Source of the DNA: a virus
Taxonomy: Duplodnaviria; Caudoviricetes
Strand: one strand, 5' to 3'
DNA length: 27,211 nucleotides
Virus record (IMG/VR): IMGVR_UViG_3300030118_002438
Location: 1-27,211 of that record
Position 1 is the stretch's first letter, and each line of letters begins with the position of its first letter. The translations under genes were made by a program, and so were the position numbers. Under the pieces are notes generated by a model. The model saw nothing but the letters and a program-made list of their open reading frames with translations, did no database searches and was not told where the DNA came from. Shown here in pieces: positions 17,523 to 25,573 of the stretch.

Positions 17523-18109
17523 TAAAATCTCGCATTGATAAATGTAGATGAGTCAATGACATCCGCTGTGCCTTCTGTAGCGTCTGCATGACGAGCTAAT
17601 CTTAGTTTCTCCTGGTATTCTGCTTTAAGTGAATTAGCTAATGATGTGGAGCTAGTGATAGCATAACACAGTTCAGCTGCTAATCTTTGTGAGATAGACT
17701 CTACAAGTAGAGAGTCATACTCTGTAACATCCTCAACAATAGAACTGTAGACTAAAAAGATCTGTTCTTCATCAGTAACGATTTTTCTACCTTCTACCTT
17801 GAATACTTGTCCACCATCAAGATTAGAACTTGTGCCATTATGCAGTCCACCTATGTTTATTACCTTAATACAGTCAGCTGGAAGCTGATATTGATAGGCA
17901 AATTCATGTGTAGGGGTAGCTGTATCTCTGGCTAATTCTATTCTTTTAACCAGACAATTCCAATGATGCTCCCTGAATACAGCATTTCTGATAGGTATAT
18001 ATCTTTGATTACATAACCTGGCATTTTTACTATCTTCTGTCAGAGCTATGATGTTATTAGCTCCTAAGATATTTAGAGCTGAGTTACAAATAGATACTAC
18101 TGATGTCAT
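17522..18109 (-). CDS. Tail tubular protein A (adaptor, T7 gp11-like)
   Basis: VSICNSALNILG, HHWNC, FAYQYQLPADC and LAAELC motifs; directly upstream of tubular B. Confidence 0.9.
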   Translation of the reverse strand: MTSVVSICNSALNILGANNIIALTEDSKNARLCNQRYIPIRNAVFREHHWNCLVKRIELARDTATPTHEFAYQYQLPADCIKVINIGGLHNGTSSNLDGGQVFKVEGRKIVTDEEQIFLVYSSIVEDVTEYDSLLVESISQRLAAELCYAITSSTSLANSLKAEYQEKLRLARHADATEGTADVIDSSTFINARF

Positions 18110-18402
18110 ACTAAAGTCCTTCTTTTCTTTTTAGTCTTTTTATGTCTATTTGCAAATGCTTTTGCAGACTCTTTAGAACGAAAACCCCAAGCTCTCAGAG
18201 CTAAACCTAGCCTGGTAGGAGATCCATCTGGCTTTTTTTCACTACCACGCATACCACCAAACCTGGCAGCAAAAGAAATCCTCCTGGGATTGACACCTCT
18301 TTTGACTGGTGATTTTAAATTAGAACCCTCTGTTCTCTTGAAAAACTTACGACCAGCTGCGTTTAAACCACCCTTCGGATTTTGATATTTTTTTGCAACC
18401 AC
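18106..18402 (-). CDS. Small basic hypothetical protein (DUF6321-like)
   Basis: 98 aa, Lys/Arg-rich; NPKGGLNAAGR...NLK.PV...RRISFAARFGGM...LALRAW pattern; family name from recollection. Confidence 0.75.
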   Translation of the reverse strand: MVAKKYQNPKGGLNAAGRKFFKRTEGSNLKSPVKRGVNPRRISFAARFGGMRGSEKKPDGSPTRLGLALRAWGFRSKESAKAFANRHKKTKKKRRTLV

Positions 18403-18641
18403 TATCTAAACCTTCTTGTTTTCTTAGAAATATTCTTAGGCTGCTTACTATGCTGCTTACCCATAAGTGTATCTTGTCTTTTTTTCCTGGTAGTAGCTGC
18501 ATACTCAGACGCAGATAAAGATTTTATTGCTGCACTTGGCAGATATCTCTCACCAGTTTTTGCAGATGGCTTACCAGATTTGGTACGCCATTTTTGTTTT
18601 GTCCAGTTTTTTAGACTTTTTTGTGATTTTTTAAGAGCCAT
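18402..18641 (-). CDS. Small basic protein (C-terminal half of DUF5872-like family)
   Basis: 79 aa; SQKSLKNWTKQKWRTKSG...TGERYLPSAAIKSLS..EYAATTRKKR. Confidence 0.75.
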   Translation of the reverse strand: MALKKSQKSLKNWTKQKWRTKSGKPSAKTGERYLPSAAIKSLSASEYAATTRKKRQDTLMGKQHSKQPKNISKKTRRFR

Positions 18642-18783
18642 GTCGCTTCTGAACTGTAAATTTAGCAGTAAGCGATGCTCCAGGATGTTTCTTAAATGCT
18701 CCAGTATGTTTCATTAACTTCAACCCGTTTTTACTTTTCATCCAATGAAATCCCTTCGGTGCTTTTATTGATTTTTGTGTCAT
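18631..18783 (-). CDS. Small basic hypothetical protein (50 aa)
   Basis: Not in the ORF track; MTQKSIKAPKGFHWMKSKNGLKLMKHTGAFKKHPGASLTAKFTVQKRHGS; ATGA overlap with the upstream stop and GGAGG just upstream. Confidence 0.75.
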   Translation of the reverse strand: MTQKSIKAPKGFHWMKSKNGLKLMKHTGAFKKHPGASLTAKFTVQKRHGS

Positions 18784-18959
18784 TTATAGCCTCCTCCAGC
18801 TTTTTTATACCTTAATGCCAGGAGTTGAGCTTTCCTGGCACTCCATTGTCCAGGCTTTCCACCTTTTGAACCAGCCATAATCGTATTAAACATTCTCTTA
18901 CGCATACCTGGTTTGGTGTAATTACCAGCTTTATTAACCGAGCTTTTCTTTTTTGCCAT
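18780..18959 (-). CDS. Small basic protein (59 aa; N-terminal half of DUF5872-like family)
   Basis: Not in the ORF track; MAKKKSSVNKAGNYTKPGMRKRMFNTIMAGSKGGKPGQWSARKAQLLALRYKKAGGGYK. Confidence 0.8.
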   Translation of the reverse strand: MAKKKSSVNKAGNYTKPGMRKRMFNTIMAGSKGGKPGQWSARKAQLLALRYKKAGGGYK

Positions 18960-19089
18960 TTTTCTTTTTCTTGGCTGTAAATTTTATGCCTTTTACCTTC
19001 GGTCTGTTTCTCAGCATACGAAAATCATTACCAGTAATTTTATTATCTCCGTCTGCGTCTAACTTTTTTTGTCTGCCATACAAAGCCAT
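18934..19089 (-). CDS. Small basic protein with a single EF-hand-like loop (51 aa)
   Basis: Not in the ORF track; MALYGRQKKLDADGDNKITGNDFRMLRNRPKVKGIKFTAKKKKNGKKEKLG; starts 1 nt after the upstream stop. Confidence 0.7.
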   Translation of the reverse strand: MALYGRQKKLDADGDNKITGNDFRMLRNRPKVKGIKFTAKKKKNGKKEKLG

Positions 19090-19090
19090 T

Positions 19091-19195
19091 TTAATACTTC
19101 ATTTTCTTAGGCTTCTTGCCAGCTTTTTTCATAGCCATTGCAGTAGCTGCTTGCTTTTTTGCCTTCGGTGTTTTCTTTTTCATACCATGTTTCAT
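19091..19195 (-). CDS. Very small Lys-rich peptide (34 aa)
   Basis: Not in the ORF track; MKHGMKKKTPKAKKQAATAMAMKKAGKKPKKMKY; strong SD AAAGGAG 6 nt upstream of the ATG. Confidence 0.7.
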   Translation of the reverse strand: MKHGMKKKTPKAKKQAATAMAMKKAGKKPKKMKY

Positions 19196-19210
19196 AATAA
19201 TCTCCTTTGT

Positions 19211-19234
19211 AAAGGGAGGGGATAACCCCTCCCT
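19211..19234 (-). terminator. GC-rich hairpin, probably a leaky intrinsic terminator or RNA-stabilising stem after the capsid genes
   Basis: Minus strand AGGGAGGGG-TTAT-CCCCTCCCT is a perfect 9-bp stem followed by only a short U run; starts 8 nt after the stop of 19243..19692. Confidence 0.7.
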
Positions 19235-19242
19235 GATTTGTT

Positions 19243-19692
19243 TTACTCTGTAGAGAATACAACAATACAATGGATTGATCCAGATATTGTTGCTCCACCA
19301 GTAGTAATTATAACATCTGTAGATGCAGTAGTTCTATGACCTACTCCAGTCATAGTAGCTATCGCAGCTCCAGTTGAGCTACCACCTAAGATGGATTGTG
19401 TCTGTCCAGCGACATTCCAAGTTCCAGTCGCTGCAATAAACAAATCATCATCTGCGGATGTTCCAACTTTCAGAGTTGAAGAACCACCTAAAGCATCACA
19501 TTTCAAGATAACATCGTGAATTGTTGCTGCTTCTGGTATTCTAGCAATTGTAATATCAGATCCACTTGCAAGGCTTGATGCTTCGAATGTTCCATGGAAC
19601 ACACGCATCTTACCGCCAGCTACTTCTGATGATACTTTAACTACTGGATCTGCATCCATGTTAGTTATTTCTACGCCTTTTACACTAGACAT
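19243..19692 (-). CDS. Capsid-associated (decoration/cement-like) protein
   Basis: 149 aa, beta-rich (ITIARIPEAATIHDV...LKVG...DDDLF); directly downstream of the major capsid gene and before the hairpin. Confidence 0.6.
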   Translation of the reverse strand: MSSVKGVEITNMDADPVVKVSSEVAGGKMRVFHGTFEASSLASGSDITIARIPEAATIHDVILKCDALGGSSTLKVGTSADDDLFIAATGTWNVAGQTQSILGGSSTGAAIATMTGVGHRTTASTDVIITTGGATISGSIHCIVVFSTE

Positions 19693-19701
19693 TTCTTACT
19701 C

Positions 19702-20580
19702 CTATTCGTCACAAGCCACTTCAACGACTTTTTCCTCTTCCATACGAGTAGCTCCTATTGACATACAATAGTAAACTTGTGTGGAATAACCTTTGTCTGC
19801 TCTTTCATCAATACGAGCTGTTACATCTTTACCAATGGCAAGTTTAATAGCATCTTCTGTGAAAGCATAACAAAGTCTGTCGTCTGTGTTAGCTAATTGA
19901 AGTCTGTTAGACACAAGGAATTCAAAACCCATAAAGGATGTTACATCACCTTGAGCTAACGCTCTAACTGTGTTGAAGTCAGCAGAAGTTACCTCTGTGA
20001 TACCTAACAAGTTTTGAATTTGTTTTGGTGAACATAAGAAGTATCTCTTTAATGACGGATCAACTGATTTGCTGTCTAACAAGAATTTTGCTTCTGTTAG
20101 TTTAGCAACTGATAACGCACCAGCTGTAGTATCGCCTTGAGCTGATGAGAATGGCTTTTGTGCCGATGGAAGAGCTGTATCTGTAGATCCAGTAACTCCC
20201 GTTTTAGCTGTGCCGCCAAGTGCTGTTATTACAACATCATCCATAGCTCTTCCCATTGCTGCAGCAGCTGCTTTAGCATAAGAAGAAGTAGGATCGATTA
20301 ACATTCTGATTTTATCAACATCATCAATTAAATCAGCCCATTCATAGTCCGCTAAAGTAACGGATCTTCTTGCATGAGGCGTATCTAACTGTGGCGTATC
20401 AGAATGTCTGCTTGTTCTGACTTGTGCTGTTACTTGTCCAATCTGTTCGAAGAAAGCCTTTTTCCCGTTTACAGTTTCGACATCTACAGCTGGTCTAAGT
20501 ACAGAACCCATTTGCTGAGATAACATAGTAACATTGTTACTATACTGTTCAACAAATGCTGTAGTTATTTGATTTGACAT
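19702..20580 (-). CDS. Major capsid protein
   Basis: 292 aa; ITTAFVEQY...LSQQMGSVLR, DTPHARR, AAAAAMGRAMDD, TSADF, FMGFEF, GATRMEEEKVV (BPP-1/HTVC010P-type capsid); follows the scaffold gene. Confidence 0.9.
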   Translation of the reverse strand: MSNQITTAFVEQYSNNVTMLSQQMGSVLRPAVDVETVNGKKAFFEQIGQVTAQVRTSRHSDTPQLDTPHARRSVTLADYEWADLIDDVDKIRMLIDPTSSYAKAAAAAMGRAMDDVVITALGGTAKTGVTGSTDTALPSAQKPFSSAQGDTTAGALSVAKLTEAKFLLDSKSVDPSLKRYFLCSPKQIQNLLGITEVTSADFNTVRALAQGDVTSFMGFEFLVSNRLQLANTDDRLCYAFTEDAIKLAIGKDVTARIDERADKGYSTQVYYCMSIGATRMEEEKVVEVACDE

Positions 20581-20619
20581 TTAGTCCTTACCTTTCATTT
20601 GTTGTTATTTACTTTCTTC

Positions 20620-20711
20620 GTAAAATTATCTGTTTCCAGGTCTTACTTCATTTTACTACTGATAGTAGCTGGTCTGTTCCCAATGTCAGAGGAGTCTTTC
20701 GATTATTCCTC
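20620..20711 (-). promoter_or_regulatory. Putative cis-regulatory structured RNA in the capsid leader (two GAAA-capped hairpins sharing one internal loop)
   Basis: Hairpin 1 (20689-20711) GAGGA-AUAA-UC-GAAA-GA-C-UCCUC; hairpin 2 (20620-20646) GUAAGA-C-CUG-GAAA-CAG-AUAA-UUUUAC; a small CUACU-AUC-AGUAG stem lies between them. Confidence 0.6.
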
Positions 20712-21515
20712 AACTATCCCATGCTTCATATTCTGAAGCTGGAAAACTTCTTCAACTGCAGCCTGGTGTCCAGGATGTTTCTTATCCCAGTACGGAGTAC
20801 CTGGAGCAGTTAATTTAGCAATCTCTTTTTCAGCATCATCTGGAGTCAATGTCAAGTCGTTTTCTTGCGTTGCACTATCCTCTGTAAAATTTTCTGCAAT
20901 AGATGCAAGAGCTTTGATTACGACTGGATGATCTCCAAACCTGAAACCATCAAAAGTTTTTTCTCTTAATTCATCTGGAATATATTTAGAAAAAACACTT
21001 TGAGCCATTTCTATTTTTTTATCAAAGGCTAAACCATAGGTTTTTCTAAGATCTTCCTCTGCTCTTTTTCTTGATGTTTCTATTTGAGCATTTGATGTCT
21101 GCTCCTGGCTCTGACTAAGATTACTATAAAAATCTAAAATCTGATTAGCCTGGCTATTATTCAATCCAGCTTTGTATGCAGCTTCTTTGAAACCAACAAC
21201 AGCTGGATCATCAGCTGAAAATTTATCTCCTGGTATTTCATATCCAGCAGCATCATCTGGTCTACCTATCCTACTATAGATCATATTCCAATCCTCTTCT
21301 GTAGAATGTTTGCCAGGTACTGGTATCTTATCAGCTCCTACCATTCTTTGAGCATGGAGATAGCTCTTTGCAAGATCTCCAGCGTTTGTAAAATTTTTTA
21401 AAGATGGTTCTGATCTTAAATCTTCTGGTAATCCATCTAAAAAAGTAACACCTGGATCTGCTTGTTCAGATTGACCAGTTGCAATTACTGTATCAGTTGT
21501 CTGTTCTTCACTCAT
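20703..21515 (-). CDS. Capsid scaffolding (assembly) protein
   Basis: 270 aa, acidic; LPEDLR.EPSL..F...DLAKSY, LGRP-like IGRP, GLN..QA, GDHP.VIK, PYWDKKHP.H; lies between portal and capsid genes. Confidence 0.85.
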   Translation of the reverse strand: MSEEQTTDTVIATGQSEQADPGVTFLDGLPEDLRSEPSLKNFTNAGDLAKSYLHAQRMVGADKIPVPGKHSTEEDWNMIYSRIGRPDDAAGYEIPGDKFSADDPAVVGFKEAAYKAGLNNSQANQILDFYSNLSQSQEQTSNAQIETSRKRAEEDLRKTYGLAFDKKIEMAQSVFSKYIPDELREKTFDGFRFGDHPVVIKALASIAENFTEDSATQENDLTLTPDDAEKEIAKLTAPGTPYWDKKHPGHQAAVEEVFQLQNMKHGIVEE

Positions 21516-21718
21516 TTTTTCTCCTTTATAAGATTTTTGATTGCGATAACTACAGATCGCTGTCCTTCAAGGTATGCCATCTCGTTGCTATCTTTGCTGA
21601 ATGATGAAGCATGATAATTAAATCTTGCTTCTAAATCGCTTAAAACTTTTAGTCCTTCTGGAGTACCAAAAGTTTGTTTATAGCTTTGTATAAGTTCTTT
21701 TACTTCTTGGCTATTCAC
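21512..21718 (-). CDS. Bbp19-like small head-module protein
   Basis: YKQTFGTPEGLKVLSDL...AYLEGQRSVV..I motif; between portal and scaffold. Confidence 0.75.
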   Translation of the reverse strand: MNSQEVKELIQSYKQTFGTPEGLKVLSDLEARFNYHASSFSKDSNEMAYLEGQRSVVIAIKNLIKEKK

Positions 21719-23294
21719 GATTTAACTCTTTAACAAGCGGAGCTACTTTACCTCCAGCTTCAGCTGCTTGCATTTGTTGTTGAGCTTCCGCTGCAGCTTG
21801 TTGAGCTGCTTGTCTTTGTTGTCGTATTGACTCCACTTCTTGCGTTGATCTCATAACTTTGGATGGTACACCCAATACTGTCGCCAGGTGATTTACCATT
21901 TTATCATTATCAATGAAATCCATAACTGGACTCATTTGAGATAGTGGAGTTACAATTTCTAAAGTTCTAAGTATCGCCTGGAGATCTCCCATTTTTTGTG
22001 ATCTTGCTAGCGGTGATACATATTCGATATCTATATCTTTACCTCTAAGCTGTTCTGGAGCTGGTGGTAAAATTTTATTTCTTAAAAGAATACCAAAAAT
22101 TCTATTTATCAAAGGCTGTAACATTTCAGATTGTAATCTACCCAGAACTGGAGCAAGTAATCTCATTTTTTCTTCATTACGCTGCATAACTTCAGTAGCT
22201 GTCATCTGAATATTCTGTGACATCAATAGTTGATCTACATAAAATGCTTGTTTGATTGCAGTTCTTCTCTGCTCTTCAATATTCAATCCTAAAGGTGTAT
22301 TAGCTCCAATTGATAATGGAGTTATAGTATCTCTTGATCCAGATCTATAGAAGTTTAATCCTCCAGGCTGTGTTCTAATTGGTAACATAAAACTATCATC
22401 TGGTACTAATAAAGGCGGATCTACCATTTTTTGTGCAGCTTTGATTGTGGTTTCTGACATTTTGTTTATCATTTTGATATCAGCAAGAGCTGTCATAGCT
22501 GGTGATCTACCATAAACTTCATTACTAGATTTTAGATATCTTGGAACTACGAATGGAAACTCATTATAGCCAGATACAGATATAATATTACCATCTTCAT
22601 CATAGTAGATAGATGAAAACTCCATAGATTTGTTATCAGCTTTAAATGGATTGAGTTCGTCATTTGGTCTTACACAATGATAGATCGTTACATCATCGTG
22701 TGGATATGTTGTCGATTTTTTCAAAATAGATTTAGGCAGCTTATCTCCAAATCTTTGGAAAGCTCCCCTGGCAGTCATTTTGATTTCTCTATGAATAGTA
22801 TCTACAACACTATTATTGTTCTCCTGGACATAGATTTCTTTTATATGCCTGGTTGAAAATCTAATAAAATCTTTTGTATCTTCTTCAACCATCATGCAGC
22901 CAGTACCAAATGATATTAGATCTGTGTAAAGTTCGTGAACTTCTTGTTGAAAATTAGATCTATCAAAAGCCATATACATCGTTTGTGTTGATGCTTCTAA
23001 CCAATCTTTGTTTTCTTTATTCCTGGCTATCTCTTCATCTTTAAATCTCATACTAAACCAGGGAGTTGCGGGATTTGTCAGCATACCATGTAGAGATGAT
23101 GAGAATAGTTCTAAAGCTCTGAGAGCTGTCGAGTCGAAAATTTTTTCAGTTCTTTTATCTCCCCTGGATCTCGTTGTTGTTACATCTGCTCTTCTGGGTA
23201 AAACATATTCTGCAATCTCTTGCCAATGACTTTCCCAGTTTTGCCTTTTTGTTTTCAACTGACTCAGTTGATGTTTTAAATCTTTTCCGTTCAT
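21711..23294 (-). CDS. Portal (head-to-tail connector) protein, T7 gp8-like
   Basis: 527 aa; WQEIAEYVLP, DSTA, PATPWF, FGTG, YGRSPAM.AL.D, MTATEV..R..E, LGRLQSE.L.P, IEYVSPLAR. Confidence 0.95.
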   Translation of the reverse strand: MNGKDLKHQLSQLKTKRQNWESHWQEIAEYVLPRRADVTTTRSRGDKRTEKIFDSTALRALELFSSSLHGMLTNPATPWFSMRFKDEEIARNKENKDWLEASTQTMYMAFDRSNFQQEVHELYTDLISFGTGCMMVEEDTKDFIRFSTRHIKEIYVQENNNSVVDTIHREIKMTARGAFQRFGDKLPKSILKKSTTYPHDDVTIYHCVRPNDELNPFKADNKSMEFSSIYYDEDGNIISVSGYNEFPFVVPRYLKSSNEVYGRSPAMTALADIKMINKMSETTIKAAQKMVDPPLLVPDDSFMLPIRTQPGGLNFYRSGSRDTITPLSIGANTPLGLNIEEQRRTAIKQAFYVDQLLMSQNIQMTATEVMQRNEEKMRLLAPVLGRLQSEMLQPLINRIFGILLRNKILPPAPEQLRGKDIDIEYVSPLARSQKMGDLQAILRTLEIVTPLSQMSPVMDFIDNDKMVNHLATVLGVPSKVMRSTQEVESIRQQRQAAQQAAAEAQQQMQAAEAGGKVAPLVKELNRE

Positions 23295-23887
23295 TGACCT
23301 AACTTACTCTTTCTGTTTCCCATTAATGTTCTTGTTGTTCCAGCAAAACTTGTAACGCCTTGATTATAAATATCATCAACACTTTGTTTCTTTTGATTTG
23401 GTTTCCCCATAATTGCATTAAAAGCCATTATGACTGGTGAACCGCCACCCTCTATCATTGAAGGCACTATACCTTTTACTTTTCTTGGTTCTGGTACAAA
23501 TTTTGCATAATTTGTTGTAGTTGTTCCTGGAGCTGAACTCAGCTCACCTCTAAGATATGATGGATCTTCTGCTTGACCACCAAATACAGCTCTGCTCATA
23601 TCTGATAATGCTTCACCAAATGTAGGGGAGCTAGCTGCTATTCTACCAGTATAATCTGATGCTTTAGTACCAGTTCTAAAAACTGGCTTACCACCTTTTT
23701 GTGTTAAGTTTCCAACTGTCGGTGAGTCCATAATGAGCTGCACTCCTCTACCAGCATCCGCTGCTTTCGCAAGTTCAGCCTCTCTCTTTTTTGAAATTTC
23801 TCCACCCGTCATTATGTTTTGCATAAGCTCTTGTGTTTGTGCAGTTCTTTTCTGCTCTCTTGATTTCTGTGCTGACTCTGATCCCAT
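23291..23887 (-). CDS. Hypothetical protein, probable small virion/ejection protein
   Basis: 198 aa, Gly-rich and probably disordered; overlaps both neighbours; pre-portal position; ends TRTLMGNRKSKLGQ. Confidence 0.6.
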   Translation of the reverse strand: MGSESAQKSREQKRTAQTQELMQNIMTGGEISKKREAELAKAADAGRGVQLIMDSPTVGNLTQKGGKPVFRTGTKASDYTGRIAASSPTFGEALSDMSRAVFGGQAEDPSYLRGELSSAPGTTTTNYAKFVPEPRKVKGIVPSMIEGGGSPVIMAFNAIMGKPNQKKQSVDDIYNQGVTSFAGTTRTLMGNRKSKLGQ

Positions 23888-24108
23888 TACTGACCTAACA
23901 ATGTTTTTGTAAATGTATCAGCCTCTGTGGTATCACCTTGTTTTGATGTCATAATCGTTTGTGTATACCCAGCTCTCATTTTTTTTAGTTCATCTTTTAT
24001 TTTTTTCTTTTTTTCTTTATCCAGATCACCTCCAGTAGCTGGTGGTAAACTAGGCATCGGTGTTGGAGGTGGGGGAGGTGGTGGTGTCTTTGGTCTTAAA
24101 AATCCCAT
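23887..24108 (-). CDS. Small proline-rich virion protein (T7 gp6.7/7.3-like position)
   Basis: MGFLRPKTPPPPPPPTPMP...TIMTS..G...KTLLGQ; SD AGGAG upstream; between TerL and portal. Confidence 0.7.
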   Translation of the reverse strand: MGFLRPKTPPPPPPPTPMPSLPPATGGDLDKEKKKKIKDELKKMRAGYTQTIMTSKQGDTTEADTFTKTLLGQ

Positions 24109-25394
24109 TAATTATCTCCTAAAGGATTATAGTTCAAACCCGCAGCGTATTGTTGCGGTGGAACTGTGTTATTAAAATCTAAATCTCTAATTGCAATTGA
24201 AGCTGTCCTCCAGGCATCGCAGTAGTGACTGCTCCAATCATGTACTGGTTTAGAATATGTTTTCAATTTATCAATCCATTTTCTATGATACCATCTCATG
24301 GCATCAATAAACTTTTTACAATTATCTCTATCAATGTATGTACGATTTAGCAACAATTGTCCAGCATGAATTCCATCTTCTATAGGGAGTTTTGGACAAA
24401 CCTTTATCGGTTTCATACCCATAGAATAGGCAAACTCTTTTCTGGAATGACCAGTAGACATCTCTCGATGATCTATATCGTGTGGAAATACATAGTTGCG
24501 AATAGGATAATCTGTTTTTCTAATATACTCAGCATAATGATCCAGGCTCTGATTATTATTAGAATAACAATCAATAATAAATATAGCTCTGTTTATTTGT
24601 TGTATAAATAAAATGCTAGTATCATCAGATATACCTAAATCAAAGTAAACATCTACTGGATATGCGGGATCAAACGGATATTTTCCTATCTGCTCCTTCT
24701 CTTCCATCTTATCTAAAATTTTACCATAGACAGTACCAGATACATTTGCAGTCCAGCTGCACTCAAATTCTTGTTGATACTGATCCTCTGTCATCAGATT
24801 TCTAGCTTCTTGCAGCTCCGTTTCTGGTATTAATTTAGTTTCGCTAGCTTTGTGAATACAAGTATACCAGGCTGCATCACCTTTGGCTTTTTCATACAAA
24901 TCATAAAATGAGTTCATTCCAGCTGGAGTTCCTATGAAAGCAACACCACCTAATCTATCTGCAACAGCTGGTCTAATAATCTCTGGAAACATTCTTTCAT
25001 CCATCTGTGCATATTCATCACAGAATACCTGGTCAAAATATTGTCCTCTAGCGGAGTCTGGATTTTCAGCACCAAACAAAGTAACTCTAGCTCCCGTAGG
25101 GAAATCAGCTCTTAGTTCTGTTTCATTAAACTTCATACCAGGTACTTTCCTGGAATAATGTTTTAGATAATCCCAGGCAATCAACTTAGCCTGGACTCTA
25201 GTAGGAGCAAAGAAAGCACCTCTAAATGCCTTTTTTTTGCTCGTCAGAGCCATTTTAATTAGGTGGTTGATAGAAAATATAGTCTTACCTCCTCTTCTGT
25301 GCATAACGCAAACGGAAAAGCGGTATTTATCTAATGCCTGGTGTAATGCTTTTTGCTGTGGTCTTGGTGTATATGGTATAGTTATAGTTTTCAA
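24108..25394 (-). CDS. terL: Terminase large subunit
   Basis: 428 aa; YTPRPQQ, Walker A HRRGGKT, Walker B VFCDEYA, coupling motif IGTP, QEFECSW, RNase H-like YFDLG and HDWSSHYCDA. Confidence 0.95.
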   Translation of the reverse strand: MKTITIPYTPRPQQKALHQALDKYRFSVCVMHRRGGKTIFSINHLIKMALTSKKKAFRGAFFAPTRVQAKLIAWDYLKHYSRKVPGMKFNETELRADFPTGARVTLFGAENPDSARGQYFDQVFCDEYAQMDERMFPEIIRPAVADRLGGVAFIGTPAGMNSFYDLYEKAKGDAAWYTCIHKASETKLIPETELQEARNLMTEDQYQQEFECSWTANVSGTVYGKILDKMEEKEQIGKYPFDPAYPVDVYFDLGISDDTSILFIQQINRAIFIIDCYSNNNQSLDHYAEYIRKTDYPIRNYVFPHDIDHREMSTGHSRKEFAYSMGMKPIKVCPKLPIEDGIHAGQLLLNRTYIDRDNCKKFIDAMRWYHRKWIDKLKTYSKPVHDWSSHYCDAWRTASIAIRDLDFNNTVPPQQYAAGLNYNPLGDN

Positions 25395-25573
25395 TGATAT
25401 GTAGTTTCCTCGTCTAGCAGCTCTGGTACAAATTCTACATTCAATGCACTACATATTCCTTCAGCAGCATTTATCATAGCTATATCTGTATCAAATTTAC
25501 CTAGAATTATCTTAAGTTCCTTTGTTTTATAATCAACAACAACTTTACAGAGAATGTGTTTGTCTATGTCCAA
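25391..25573 (-). CDS. Hypothetical protein (60 aa)
   Basis: TTG start with GGGAG upstream; ATGA overlap with terL. Confidence 0.55.
   Translation of the reverse strand: MDIDKHILCKVVVDYKTKELKIILGKFDTDIAMINAAEGICSALNVEFVPELLDEETTYH

Noticed and set aside
19107-19298. 63-aa ORF from the track
   Set aside because: It crosses the terminator hairpin and overlaps two better ORFs; the 34-aa ORF at 19091..19195 has the strong SD.
19693-19760. Programmed frameshift or read-through fusing the capsid to the downstream protein (T7 10A/10B style)
   Set aside because: The downstream gene is in frame after the TAG, but it has its own SD (AGGAG) and ATG, and no convincing slippery site with a stimulatory structure was seen; independent translation is simpler.
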